From NCBI GenBank assembly GCA_964016885.1, contig OZ024741.1:398970001-399034000 (forward strand): a stretch of DNA of 64,000 nucleotides. The letters run 5' to 3'. The stretch comes from Eledone cirrhosa (Eukaryota). Below are positions 63,669 through 64,000 of the stretch, in pieces. Position 1 is the stretch's first letter; each line of letters opens with the position of its first letter. The notes beneath the pieces are model-generated. The model was given only the letters and a program-made list of their open reading frames with translations, made no database searches and was not told the origin of the DNA. The translations under genes were made by a program, and so were the position numbers.

Positions 63669-64000
63669 TAATAATAACGACAACAACAACAATAACAATA
63701 ATAATATACACATATATATATACACACACACACTCATAAACATATCTACACACACACACACACACGATAGCAACTAACAGCGCTGCGACCGAATGTGGCT
63801 TTTTAGCCCAGCCAATGATCTAAAATGTCTTGCACAGAGTCGGCAACCAAAACATTCACTGGGAATAGTCGGCTGTGGCTGGAGTTCGTGTACTTTTGCA
63901 TGTCGCTTGAGCCCTCCTGCTGATTTACATTCTCTACCACATGTTTGGCAAGCATGATGAGTAGCATCTCCAACAGCAGCCTGGTAGTCAACCACTGGTC
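63523..64000 (-). mobile_element. 3' end of an RTE-type LINE: C-terminal C2H2 zinc fingers, microsatellite-interrupted 3' UTR and tail (continues beyond the window)
   Basis: ORF 63774-63995 has CQTCGRECKSAGGLKRHAKVH and CRLCARHFRSLAGLKSHIRSQ (SxxGLxxH fingers, no TGEKP linker). Downstream on the minus strand is GCCATACTCGATAACGAGGGGGAAGCCATCAT (CTCG-ATAA-CGAG stem-loop) and an (ATGT)n tail. A host zinc-finger exon is the alternative. Confidence 0.7.

Overview
Non-coding, AT-rich eukaryotic DNA. I found no convincing host gene, rRNA/tRNA gene or CRISPR array. Bases 1-~46110 are one continuous satellite of a 12-bp monomer (consensus ACACTATATCAT). It is built from nested kb-scale duplications and contains one ~820-bp inverted block that forms a ~1.4-kb fold-back palindrome near 31381. 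All the long YDIV/TLYH/HYII/TISY ORFs are translation artefacts of this monomer. The remaining ~18 kb is a patchwork of tRNA-derived SINE-like copies, two non-autonomous Helitron-like elements, decayed non-LTR retrotransposon fragments (RTE-type C-termini and a CRE-type restriction-like endonuclease fragment), several minisatellites (13, 19, 20/27, 23, 29 and 48 bp), microsatellites and a cluster of perfect palindromes next to (TA)n tracts. The repeat families resemble those I recall from Octopus/cephalopod genomes, but this is inference without a search. The most interesting signals are structural: the inverted duplication in the satellite, the CRE fragment captured in a minisatellite, the (TA)n-associated palindromes and a pre-miRNA-shaped hairpin. 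I cannot support a new protein-coding system here.
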